64,000 nucleotides of DNA. Source: an uncultured Porphyromonadaceae bacterium (GTDB lineage Bacteria; Bacteroidota; Bacteroidia; Bacteroidales; Muribaculaceae). Every line of letters starts with the position of its first letter. Position 1 is the first letter of the stretch. A model generated the notes under the pieces. That model had not been told where the DNA came from and did no database searches. It worked only from the letters and a program-made list of their open reading frames with translations. Below, one piece after another: positions 36,928-46,018 of this stretch. The DNA lies in assembly GCA_937989585.1 (NCBI GenBank), contig CALKRW010000006.1, positions 2,864-66,863 of the forward strand, in the 5' to 3' direction. A program made the position numbers and the translations under genes.

Positions 36928-37791
36928 ATGAAAACAATACACCTTATCACAACCGTGGCCATCGCCACCATGCTGTTCTCTTGCAACGGGAACAAAGAAA
37001 AGGACCAGCAGACTCTGGAGAACATCTCCAAACAGGAACTCGCAACAGCCCTTAACGAGCGCGACCAGTTGCTCTCGCTCGTTAAGGAGGTTTCGGCCGG
37101 TCTTAACGAAATCAAGACTCTTGAGAACATAATGGCCGTTTCGGCCGGTCAGTTGGCCGAGAATCCCGGACAGCGGACACAGATTCTCGCCGACATCGCA
37201 AGCCTCAAAGAGAAAATCCGGCAGCGCAAGGCGCAGTTGAGCGATCTGGAGCGTAAACTCCACGAATCGACCATCAACAACAAGGAACTTCAGGAGACAA
37301 TCGACGCCCTCAAGGCACAGATCGACTCGCAGATGGAAGAGATCGAGTCGCTAAGACAGCAACTGACAGCCGCCAACGAACACATCGGCGCCCTGAACAG
37401 CGAGGTCGATTCGCTCAACACCACAGTCAGCACCGTCACCGGCGAGCGCAATGCCGCCCAGGAGGCATCTGTGAAACTCGAGAACGAACTCAACACCTGC
37501 TTCTATGTGATAGCCCCGAAGTCGGAACTCAAGAAACACAACATCATCGAGTCCGGATTCCTCCGCAAGACCAAACTGATGAAAGGCGACTTCGACAAAG
37601 GCTTCTTCGTCATCAGCGACAAGAGGATACTCACCACCCTGCCCCTGAACACTAAAAAGGCAAAAATCCTCACCAACCATCCCCAGGCCTCCTATGAACT
37701 CGTCGACGAGGCCGGTCAGAAAGTAATCCGCATCAAGAACCCCGACCAGTTCTGGAGCCTCACCAACTACCTCGTCATCCAAAAAGACTGA
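36928..37791 (+). CDS. coiled-coil lipoprotein, function unknown
   Basis: Lipobox MLFSC at the ATG at 36928. A long heptad-like region (LKEKIRQRKAQLSDLERKL...QIDSQMEEIESLRQQL) precedes a conserved globular C-terminus. Confidence 0.7.
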   Translation: MKTIHLITTVAIATMLFSCNGNKEKDQQTLENISKQELATALNERDQLLSLVKEVSAGLNEIKTLENIMAVSAGQLAENPGQRTQILADIASLKEKIRQRKAQLSDLERKLHESTINNKELQETIDALKAQIDSQMEEIESLRQQLTAANEHIGALNSEVDSLNTTVSTVTGERNAAQEASVKLENELNTCFYVIAPKSELKKHNIIESGFLRKTKLMKGDFDKGFFVISDKRILTTLPLNTKKAKILTNHPQASYELVDEAGQKVIRIKNPDQFWSLTNYLVIQKD

Positions 37792-37969
37792 GCCCCTCAA
37801 AAGAAACCGCTCTCTTCAAAAGAGATTTTTCTCCTAAAAAACTCATTCCATCAGAAAATTGTTTGGCCAAACCTTTATCCATAGATAATTTCCCATTGTT
37901 AAAACACCCTCTGTTTTTACGATAAAACCACCGGGATCCAAAGCCAAATAATCATATTCAAAAGCGTAC

Positions 37970-38010
37970 GCGGCTGTGACGTCCCCCAACGCCACAGCCG
38001 CCTTTATTTT
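37970..38010 (+). terminator. intrinsic terminator
   Basis: gcggctgtg pairs with cacagccgc (9-bp stem), followed by ctttattttgtttt. Confidence 0.7.
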
Positions 38011-38101
38011 GTTTTCGCACTAAATTGCTAAACTTTGTAAATTTTGACAATCTATTCAGCCGGGTGAGGGTGGTCGGGATTTTGGGTGCTTAACTTTGTG
38101 C

Positions 38102-38250
38102 TGTGATTAAGATAAACAAAAGTTGTGATTAAGAAGATAATAGATTAATGAAGGAATAATGTGATAAAGACAAATATTAAAGATGTAATGAAGAAGATAA
38201 AGTTGTGATAAAGTTAGATTGATTAGTGAAAAGGTGATTTGATGGATAGG
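38102..38250 (+). repeat. degenerate direct-repeat array, almost free of C on the plus strand
   Basis: TGTGAT[TA]AAG occurs at 38102, 38124, 38160 and 38204. AAGAAGATAA occurs at 38131 and 38191, and TAATGAAG occurs twice. There are only two C residues (38117, 38171) in 149 nt. Stops occur in all frames. Confidence 0.75.
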
Positions 38251-38284
38251 GTCGGTGAGTGGTCGGCTTTGGCCATTAAAAAGT

Positions 38285-38311
38285 TCAGGACAGCCGTTTG
38301 GGCAGTCCTGA
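38285..38311 (-). terminator. intrinsic terminator downstream of the PorZ-like gene
   Basis: tcaggac/gtcctga stem plus gcc/ggc. In minus sense it is followed by aactttttaa. Confidence 0.65.
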
Positions 38312-38433
38312 GGAAGAGTACATTGAAATTATGGGTTATTTTCAGTTGTGACTGATTGATGCTAATTGGTTTGCAGTCAGACGGAAAAGGCTTTGCCTAA
38401 GTCGCTGGCGGGAGTCCTGGTGTCAGCCTTGTC

Positions 38434-40893
38434 TCAGTTGATGACGAGGATTTTGGTGACGGCGCCGGAGGCGCTGCCGTTGGCGTTCTGGGAGGCGAAG
38501 ACGAAGTAGACGCCCGAGCGGACGCGCTCACCGGCACTGTTGCAGCCGTCCCATACGAACATGCCGCCGTTCGAGCGGCCCTGTGCGAAGACATTCCCTG
38601 CGGCATCGGCGATTTTCACCAGCGAGTTCTCCATCAGGCCTGTGACGGTGACAGGTCCCGTGTAGTCCGGACGCACGGGATTGGGATAGGCGTAGACGTC
38701 ATCGTAACTGGCCGCCGCGGGCGAACTTGTCGATGAATACGACACGAGGCCCGTAGCCATGCCGAAGTAGACGAGGTTAGAGTTCGGGTCGCAGAGTATC
38801 GAGTAAACCGAATTGGAGGGCAGAGGAGAGTTCTCCTTGTCGAAGTGCTCGATAATCCTGTCGCCGTCCTCGCTTACCAGGTAGACGCCCGACGATTCGG
38901 TGGCTATCCACTTGCGGTTGCTGCTGTCGACGGCTATGTCGTTGATCTGCTCCGAATCGAGCAGGTAGTCGGCGTAGTTGGTGCCGTCGTTGCGCGGAAC
39001 CTTCAGGCGGCGTATGCGCATGTTCGGGTCGGTGGCCTGCAGGGGATTGGTTATCTCGTACAGACCGGCCGAGGTTCCGAACCACACGCGGCCGCGCTCG
39101 TCCTCGACCGCGCAGTAGTGGTACATGGGCTTGTACGAGTTGCCGTCCTGGTCGATCATGTTGCTGAGGGCGTAGGCCACATCGTCGGCGGTGTTCGTGT
39201 ATGTGCCCTTGGTGTCGTATGCTACGGCGGGGACTTCGTAACTGCCGTTGAATGTGAACATCATGCGCGACCTGCGGCAGATGAGCGAGCCCTGGTCCTT
39301 CCAGCCCGCGCCTGCCGGGGCCTCGAGCGTGGTGTGCTTCGACATCTGCCAGTCATCGCGGGTCACCTTGCTCAGGTCGCCCTTGAGTTTGGCCTTGGGC
39401 AATACCATGTACGAACTGTAGCGCGGGAAGTTGGTGTTGACCGACGCGCCGCACCACAGGTTGCCCTCCGGGTCGAAGTTTACGTCCCAACTCATCGGGA
39501 AGTAGCGGTTGTTCTCTGTCGCTGCAGAGGTATAGAAGTCAGGGTAAAGGCTGTTCTTGTAGTTGAATTTGGCGACCTCGACGCCGTTCTCGACCACGTA
39601 CAGGCCCTCGATGGTCGCGGCTATGTAGTAGCGGTCGGGATTCTCGGGATCGACCGCTATGCGGCCCGAGCCGCCGTACAGGCGTTTGTTGTGGTTGAGG
39701 TTCTGCAGATAGGGAATGAGCGGGTTGTCGCCGCTTGCATCGTAGATGGAGACATCGTGGAACTCTCCGTTCTCCAGATAGTTGGTGTACGGTGTCTTGG
39801 CATATACGTCACCGCCGCCGATGCTCTTGATGTTGGTGTCGCCTATGTCCGAAAGATAGATGCGCTTGCAGTCGGGCGACAGGCGCATGTAGGCCACCTC
39901 GCGGACGTTCGAGCCGTTGACCGAGGCCTTGTCCTGAAGCACCGTGACGGGCGAGGTCGTGAGATTGTAGTTGCCGAGTCCCTCGGCATCGAGCACCCAT
40001 GCGGATGCCGGGCTCGACTCAAAGGCTATGGTCTTGTTGCGGAAATCCTCGGGCAGCGCGGTCTCGCTGACAGTCTTGCCGTCCTCGTCGAGTATGATTA
40101 TTTTGTCGGCCGTAATCACCTGAAGGGTGCCGTCGGCAAGTGTGACGGGATTCACCACGGGCTTGATGGATGTCACCTCGACCGTTTTGTCGTATGTCGA
40201 CCAGTCGACCTTGATTATGACCACATTGCCGCTGTTGAGATAGTACAGGTTGTTGCCCACGCTGCCAAAGAGCGTACCCCAGCAGTCGCCCCAGTCGGTG
40301 AACTTGTCGAGCGAATTGTGGCGGTCGCCGACGGGGCTGCGGTAGAGTCTGTGTGTGTCGGCGTCGGGGAAGAGCACTATGTGGTCGTTGGCCACGGCGA
40401 TGTTCTGTATGCTGCGGTTGTATACGCCCGATTCGGCTACCTGGTGTTTCTTCTCGTCGAAGACCACCATGCCGAACGCGGTCGCGCAGTAGATGCGTTC
40501 CTTGTGGAAGGCAACGTCGTTGACGGTTTTCGAGGTCGATAGCGAGGCATCCTTGATGTCGGGCATGTTGACCACACGGCCGTTGTCGTATACCAGGTCG
40601 ACGTTGCCGTTGTCGTAGGCCACGAACAGATACTCGTCGTCGGGATTGTAGAATGCCTTGTCGATGTTGATGTCCGACAGTTTGTTCTGGGCGGTGTAGA
40701 TGTACGTCTCGTTGCCCTCCTTGTCGTAGGAGAAGAGGCGACCCGCCGAAACGTAGTAGACCTTCGACTTGCCGTCGGCGAGTGCCGTGGCGTTCCCGTC
40801 GAACAGCGGGTAGATGGTCCACTCGCCCACGGCCTGTGCCGTGGCGGCGAGGCTTGCTGTGGCGGCGAGCAGAAGTAAGGCTTTTCTTATCAT
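38434..40893 (-). CDS. T9SS-sorted double beta-propeller protein (PorZ-like)
   Basis: Signal peptide, Reg_prop-like repeats throughout, and a C-terminal T9SS sorting domain (VKIADAAGNV...WDGCNSAGERVRSGVYFVFA...KILVIN). Confidence 0.6.
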   Translation of the reverse strand: MIRKALLLLAATASLAATAQAVGEWTIYPLFDGNATALADGKSKVYYVSAGRLFSYDKEGNETYIYTAQNKLSDINIDKAFYNPDDEYLFVAYDNGNVDLVYDNGRVVNMPDIKDASLSTSKTVNDVAFHKERIYCATAFGMVVFDEKKHQVAESGVYNRSIQNIAVANDHIVLFPDADTHRLYRSPVGDRHNSLDKFTDWGDCWGTLFGSVGNNLYYLNSGNVVIIKVDWSTYDKTVEVTSIKPVVNPVTLADGTLQVITADKIIILDEDGKTVSETALPEDFRNKTIAFESSPASAWVLDAEGLGNYNLTTSPVTVLQDKASVNGSNVREVAYMRLSPDCKRIYLSDIGDTNIKSIGGGDVYAKTPYTNYLENGEFHDVSIYDASGDNPLIPYLQNLNHNKRLYGGSGRIAVDPENPDRYYIAATIEGLYVVENGVEVAKFNYKNSLYPDFYTSAATENNRYFPMSWDVNFDPEGNLWCGASVNTNFPRYSSYMVLPKAKLKGDLSKVTRDDWQMSKHTTLEAPAGAGWKDQGSLICRRSRMMFTFNGSYEVPAVAYDTKGTYTNTADDVAYALSNMIDQDGNSYKPMYHYCAVEDERGRVWFGTSAGLYEITNPLQATDPNMRIRRLKVPRNDGTNYADYLLDSEQINDIAVDSSNRKWIATESSGVYLVSEDGDRIIEHFDKENSPLPSNSVYSILCDPNSNLVYFGMATGLVSYSSTSSPAAASYDDVYAYPNPVRPDYTGPVTVTGLMENSLVKIADAAGNVFAQGRSNGGMFVWDGCNSAGERVRSGVYFVFASQNANGSASGAVTKILVIN

Positions 40894-40953
40894 TGGTTGT
40901 GGTATATGTGCGTGATGGTTTGGTTTATGTTCGTCCGGAGTGTGGGCCGGATG

Positions 40954-41550
40954 TCAGGCGTCCCCGTTGCAGAGGGCGTCGATGAATGCGCGGCAGGCGC
41001 GGGAGCGGTGGCTGATGGCGTTCTTTTCTTCGGCCGGTGCCTCGGCGAATGTCTTGTCCCAGCCCTCGGGCATGAACACGGGGTCGTAGCCGAAACCGCC
41101 CTGTCCGCGTGGAGCGCCGATGATGCGGCCCTCGACGCGGCCCTCGAAGAGGCGGGGCTCGCCGCCGTGCGGGATGTAGGCGATGACTGTGCGGAAACGT
41201 GCAGTGCGATTGTCTTCGGCGACTCCTTCGAGACGTTCGAGCAGCAGGCGCATGTTGGCCTGCGAGTCGTGGCCCGCTCCGGGTGCGTAGCGTGCGGAGC
41301 GCACGCCGGGCTCGCCGCCCAGGGCATCTACCTCGAGGCCCGTGTCGTCGGCTATGCAGTCGACCCCGTAACGGTCTGCGACCCAACGCGCTTTGGCGAG
41401 AGCGTTGCCCTCGAGCGTGGGTTCGTCTTCGGGAATGTCATCGTGGCAGTCTATGTCGTTGAGTGACAGCAGTTCGAGACGCCCCGCCGAAATGGCGCGG
41501 AGTTCCTCGAGTTTGTGGGCGTTGTTGGTGGCGAATACCAGTCGTTTCAT
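40954..41550 (-). CDS. rdgB: non-canonical purine NTP pyrophosphatase (RdgB/HAM1)
   Basis: [11 protein letters not shown] and GFGYDPVF motifs. 198 aa. Confidence 0.92.
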   Translation of the reverse strand: MKRLVFATNNAHKLEELRAISAGRLELLSLNDIDCHDDIPEDEPTLEGNALAKARWVADRYGVDCIADDTGLEVDALGGEPGVRSARYAPGAGHDSQANMRLLLERLEGVAEDNRTARFRTVIAYIPHGGEPRLFEGRVEGRIIGAPRGQGGFGYDPVFMPEGWDKTFAEAPAEEKNAISHRSRACRAFIDALCNGDA

Positions 41551-41652
41551 TGGCAGATATTTATACAGGTATCTAACGCGATAAAAGGTGTTTTATTGTC
41601 CTGCCCCGGTGCTTTCGTGTCCCGGACGCCCCGATGGCGTTCACGATGGTGT

Positions 41653-42231
41653 TCAGAAGCGTGCGGAGATGTACTGGCGGGGAAGTCCGTGACGCGCCAC
41701 GCATACCGCCGTGTCGCGTTCCGAGTCGATGATGAGCCCGCGGAAGCCAGAGCGCACGAAACGCTCCTCGAAGATTCGGCGCATCGACTTGTCGCGCAGG
41801 TTGGTGAATACGGTATAGACGCCTTTTCCCCCGGGCAGTGACTTGGTGTCGGCCGGCACCATAAGGTCTTGGACCGAAAGGCCTTCCGTGCTGTCGACGA
41901 TTATGAATTCGCTGTCAGTACACACTGTGTCGGCAATCTGGGCGCGGGGTACGGTGCCGGCAATGAGCCTGCGCCACGACGGAGCATTTTCCGCACCGGA
42001 TATCAGCGCCACCGAGCGGGGGTTGCGGTCGGCCAGCAGTCGCAGGACGGTGGCCGCCCCCCGGCTGCGCCTGTCCCCGGCGAAAAGCGCGCGTGCCCAT
42101 GCCTCGCCATAGTAGCAGGCGTCGCTCCTGGGGCGCAGTACCTCGCTGACAAGCCGGTAGGCAAGCGGTGAGTGAACCCCGAATCCGCGGCCATGCCTCC
42201 AGTTCTTGTACCAACGGGCGAGACCTTTCAT
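41653..42231 (-). CDS. hypothetical protein
   Basis: 192-aa ORF in the same orientation as the yfhO-like gene upstream of it in the minus-strand direction and rdgB downstream of it. No motif recognised. Confidence 0.45.
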   Translation of the reverse strand: MKGLARWYKNWRHGRGFGVHSPLAYRLVSEVLRPRSDACYYGEAWARALFAGDRRSRGAATVLRLLADRNPRSVALISGAENAPSWRRLIAGTVPRAQIADTVCTDSEFIIVDSTEGLSVQDLMVPADTKSLPGGKGVYTVFTNLRDKSMRRIFEERFVRSGFRGLIIDSERDTAVCVARHGLPRQYISARF

Positions 42232-42254
42232 TCCGTGACGTTATTGGCCGGATC

Positions 42255-44885
42255 TCAGGCTTTCTTGTCCTCGGCGGGGTTAGGCTCGCACTTCGTGTCT
42301 TCGTGGCGGATGACGTAGAAGAACAGCGCGAGGAGCACTGTCAGGTAAATCAGCGTCACGCATGTGTAGGCGATTGTGGTGGAGACGTGGATTGACTTCG
42401 GGTCGAATGTCATCGTGATTTCATGGCTTCCGGCGGGAACACGCATGGCGCGGAGAATGTAGTTTACGCGGGCCAGCGGAACCTCCTTGCCGTCGACGGT
42501 GGCGTGCCATCCCCACGGGAAGTAGACCTCGGAGAATACTGCCAGACCGCCCTTCGCGGTGGTGACCTTGTACTTCAGTTGATTGGGCGAATATTTGGTC
42601 ATCACGATCTTGTCGCCGGGCACGAGCGAGGGCTGCTGCGAGCCGAGAATCTCGGCGAAGCGGCGGTCGGCGACGGTGACCTCGGCGGGAGCGAAGGTCT
42701 CGCTGCTGACGGCGGCCATCTCGGCGTCGGCGTTCGGGACGTAGACCAGCGAGTCGGCCAGCCATGCCGGACCCATCTCGGTGCCTCGGCGCTGATAGGT
42801 TAGGAACGACTGTCCCTGCTCGTCCTGGGCGACGCCGATCTCGTATCGGGTGTTGAGCATGTCGAGGACAGCGGGGCTGTAGATGGCCTGACGCTCGATC
42901 ATGTCGTTGTAGCGGTTGAGTTTGGCGGCGTGGTAGCCTCCTACCATGTGGTGGTGGGCCGAACGCTCGGGGCTTGTGAACGCGGAGTAGTCGATGACGC
43001 GGTAATAGTCCTTGTCCTGCATAATCTCCTTGTCTATCCGGTCAGGCTCGAGGGGATCGTCGAAGTCGGCCATCGAGGTGACGAACGAGTCCTCGGCGAC
43101 ATAGCGCTTGTCGACGGTGTAGAGGTCGAAGACCACGATGGCCCCGATGCCGAGCGCGCCCATGGCCTTCGTTATCATCTCCTTGGCGGCCAGCACGGTG
43201 AGTATGCCGCCGGCGATGAGTATCAGCAGCGAGCGTATGCCGTCCTGCGATATCATGTCGAGACGGATTGCCTTGACGTTCTCGATAGTTGTCCTGAGCA
43301 TTTCCTGCATCTGAGGGTCGGCGCCCTGGGTCATTGCGTCCTGGAACATCTTCTGCTCGTGCGACGACAGCGGTTCGCCGTAGAACGAGGGCCACAGCCA
43401 TGCCACGAGGCAGAGCACGACGGGGAAGCCGAACGAGGCGATCAGGTCCTTGCGGTAGCGCTGCAGCGCGTCGGGCGTCGTGAAGAGTTTCTGCAGGCCG
43501 AGCATAGCCAGTAGCGGCACGCACATCGCGGCGATTACCAGTGTGGTCTCGGCGGCGCGGAACTTGTTGTACATCGGGAAGTGGTATATCATCCAGTCGG
43601 TCAGCGCCGGGAAGTGGTTGCCCATGGCAAGGAGCGCCGAGAACACTGTGAGGACGAGAAGCGCCCATTTCTCGGGACCCTTGACGATGAAGCATCCCAG
43701 GAGGAAGAGCGCGCAGATCAGCGCGCCGAAGTAGAACGGGCCGTTGGTGCCCGACGAGTCGGTCTTGCCGCCGAAGTACTGCGGCATCTGGACAAGCAGC
43801 TGGAACGGGTCGTTGTCAATCATCGACTGTTCGGCGCCCGGAGCCTGCGAAAGAGTCTGTGCCACCATGCGTCCGCCGGTGAGACGGCCTGATGCTCCGC
43901 CCTTGATGTTGGGGACGAGTAGGGTCATGGTCTCGGAGGGAGTGTTCGACCATCCTCCGATTTCCGACTTGGGCAGGCCTCCGGTGGGCTTCTCCGGCTC
44001 AATCGGCTGGCCGAACTCGTCGGTCTGCGGATTCTGGGCCTCGAGGGGAGTGAGTTCCGAGGCCGAGCGCTTGGTCTCCTTCGAGTATTCGTAGGTGTTG
44101 TAGAGGCTCGGCGCGTTGGCTCCGATGGCCAGGGCGCCGGCGACAAGGCATGCTCCCGAGGCTACGAGCCAGCGGCGCATGTGCTTGTGGCGGATGGCGT
44201 CGATAAGCCATGCGATGACAAGGGCGACGACGATGAACGCCGAGTAGTAGGTTATCTGCGGGTGGTTGGCGTTGAGTTGCAGCATGGCGAACAGGGCCAG
44301 CAGCGCGGCTCCCGACAGCGGACGCCCGCGGTAGGCCAGGGCGATGGCGCCAATCATCGGCGGCATGTAGGTCAGTGCCAGGAATTTCCAGATGTGGCCT
44401 GCGCCGATGATGATGACGAAGTACGATGACAGACCCCACGCCAGGGCGCCGATCAGTGCGTACCACCAGCGCATCTTCCAGCAGTAGCACATGATGAGGA
44501 AGCCGAACATCATCATGAACAGCAGGTTGGACGGAGTCGGCAGACCGAGGCCGTAGACATCGTTCAGCCAGTCGAACAGCGAGTTCGACTCATAACTCGG
44601 CGAAATCTGGAAGGTGGGCATGCCGCCGAACAGCGAGTTGGTCCACAGGGCCTTCTCGCCGGTCTCGGCCTCGTAGGCCTGGGCCTCGGCGCCGTTGGCC
44701 GCGCCCTGCACCTGGTCCTGCTGCGACAGCGTGTCGCCGGCGAAATTATTGGGGAAGAAAAACGCCAGTGACACCAGGGCCATCACGGCCATCGATACAA
44801 AGAATCCCCAAACCTGGGGCTTTTTTATCCAGTGCACGAAGGCATCCTTGCTGAAATTCTTCTTAATGTTATCGACAGAAGACAT
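42255..44885 (-). CDS. YfhO-family membrane protein (putative glycosyltransferase)
   Basis: 876 aa. The N-terminal half is polytopic and the C-terminal domain is large and extracytoplasmic, the typical YfhO architecture. Confidence 0.75.
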   Translation of the reverse strand: MSSVDNIKKNFSKDAFVHWIKKPQVWGFFVSMAVMALVSLAFFFPNNFAGDTLSQQDQVQGAANGAEAQAYEAETGEKALWTNSLFGGMPTFQISPSYESNSLFDWLNDVYGLGLPTPSNLLFMMMFGFLIMCYCWKMRWWYALIGALAWGLSSYFVIIIGAGHIWKFLALTYMPPMIGAIALAYRGRPLSGAALLALFAMLQLNANHPQITYYSAFIVVALVIAWLIDAIRHKHMRRWLVASGACLVAGALAIGANAPSLYNTYEYSKETKRSASELTPLEAQNPQTDEFGQPIEPEKPTGGLPKSEIGGWSNTPSETMTLLVPNIKGGASGRLTGGRMVAQTLSQAPGAEQSMIDNDPFQLLVQMPQYFGGKTDSSGTNGPFYFGALICALFLLGCFIVKGPEKWALLVLTVFSALLAMGNHFPALTDWMIYHFPMYNKFRAAETTLVIAAMCVPLLAMLGLQKLFTTPDALQRYRKDLIASFGFPVVLCLVAWLWPSFYGEPLSSHEQKMFQDAMTQGADPQMQEMLRTTIENVKAIRLDMISQDGIRSLLILIAGGILTVLAAKEMITKAMGALGIGAIVVFDLYTVDKRYVAEDSFVTSMADFDDPLEPDRIDKEIMQDKDYYRVIDYSAFTSPERSAHHHMVGGYHAAKLNRYNDMIERQAIYSPAVLDMLNTRYEIGVAQDEQGQSFLTYQRRGTEMGPAWLADSLVYVPNADAEMAAVSSETFAPAEVTVADRRFAEILGSQQPSLVPGDKIVMTKYSPNQLKYKVTTAKGGLAVFSEVYFPWGWHATVDGKEVPLARVNYILRAMRVPAGSHEITMTFDPKSIHVSTTIAYTCVTLIYLTVLLALFFYVIRHEDTKCEPNPAEDKKA

Positions 44886-44910
44886 ATAAGTAACTTAGTT
44901 GGTGAGGTAA

Positions 44911-44918
44911 CAAATTTA
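44911..44918 (-). promoter_or_regulatory. Bacteroidota -7 promoter box (TAAATTTG on the minus strand)
   Basis: Plus-strand caaattta, 26 nt upstream of the ATG at 44885. Confidence 0.55.
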
Positions 44919-45047
44919 TTACACATTGAAGCCGTCGGTCAAAAACTCAGTCAATCGAGTCCCGTAACGGCTTGTGCAGAAGTAAAAAACACAAAGACAT
45001 CATGGCGCCGACTAAAGACAACGCCACAATATCGTGCAAAAATAATA

Positions 45048-45086
45048 ATAAAATCCCGAACGCCAATAAATAAAATCCCGAACGCC
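45048..45086. repeat. two exact 17-nt direct repeats (ATAAAATCCCGAACGCC) with a 22-nt period
   Basis: Copies at 45048-45064 and 45070-45086, in an intergenic region. Confidence 0.8.
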
Positions 45087-45149
45087 GAAATTTTTCAAAA
45101 AAAGCGGCGCGCCGGTCGTGTAGTCTCGCTTTTTGTTCGAGAGGTGGTA

Positions 45150-45214
45150 TTTAGGTCTTAGGTCAGAGAGACAAGGGGCGAGGTTGTTTTAGGTGTTAGG
45201 TCAGAATGACGAAG
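45150..45214. repeat. two 26-nt direct repeats, each containing tandem TTAGGT[CG] units
   Basis: tttaggtcttaggtcagagagacaag (45150-45175) and tttaggtgttaggtcagaatgacgaag (45188-45214) match at 22 of 26 positions. Confidence 0.75.
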
Positions 45215-45441
45215 TAAGTCAAAAGGTCGGGGGATGTATTGTATATGCAGTGGACGCGATGTGCTTTTTATAAAATTTATTAAAAGTTTAAGGAATTTTA
45301 CATTTTTATTTGCATTTGTCAGTCAAAAGCCATAAATTTAGGGACGATTTATATTCTGCCAACAAGGTTAATGTCTTTATGGAATGACAGTGCATTCCGC
45401 TGGATAGGTAGAATGTATAGGACAAACAAATTGTAGTCAAA

Positions 45442-45978
45442 ATGAGAAAGTTAGTTTATATATTGATTTTTATTATCGGTAGTGTGTCGATAGGCTGCAA
45501 TAGTATTGGGAAAGGAAATAAAGTTACTGCAAATGATTCGATTGAGTTTTACTACGATGTTCTTTTTTATTTGAGAAAGTCACCGGATACAACTGACTTT
45601 CAATATCTATTTATCAAACGAGGACTAAGAACTTACGAATTATACAATGAGCATTCAGGTTCTGAAATAGGTTCTTAGGTGCGAAAAGGCGATACTTTGT
45701 ACATGACACCTGAGTTATCAATGTACCATCCTGATTCTGTCAAACCCAGCATTGTCAAATTATCAGGTTCATTAACCCCGGATTCCATGAACATACAAAA
45801 GAAATTCCTGGTGAAAAACCTGGGGATACAACTGAAAGATGTTACGCCTTGCAATGTCAAAGATATTAATCCATCATACAAAAATTATATATCTGACGAA
45901 TATTTTATGGTTGGATCAGATTTGCCCAAGGGTTATTTAAAAAAATTGGCAAAGCAACAAAAAAGGTCCGGAAAATAG
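45442..45978 (+). pseudogene. lipoprotein paralog interrupted by an in-frame TAG (45676-45678)
   Basis: ORFs 45442-45678 and 45679-45978 are in one frame. The joined product aligns end to end with the 46019-46576 protein: GSEIGS*VRKGDTLYMTP against GSETGTYEQKGDTLYMTP. The TAG sits where the paralog has Tyr. Confidence 0.7.
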
Positions 45979-46018
45979 GATAAAACAGTCATAATTAGAT
46001 AACTAGATAATATTACAC

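Noticed and set aside
38102-38250. Possible CRISPR array
   Set aside because: The repeat units are only about 10 nt, degenerate and irregularly spaced, with no unique spacers. There are no cas genes in the window.
38845-40542. 565-aa ORF antisense to the PorZ-like gene, and similar long shadow ORFs (10686-11312, 11418-12545 and 12984-13961 in nifJ; 60264-61988 opposite secY; 31999-33126; 3272-4171; 4733-5575)
   Set aside because: Each lies opposite or out of frame to a gene with strong family motifs. Their translations are Arg/Gly/Ala/Val-rich, the composition typical of GC-rich shadow frames.
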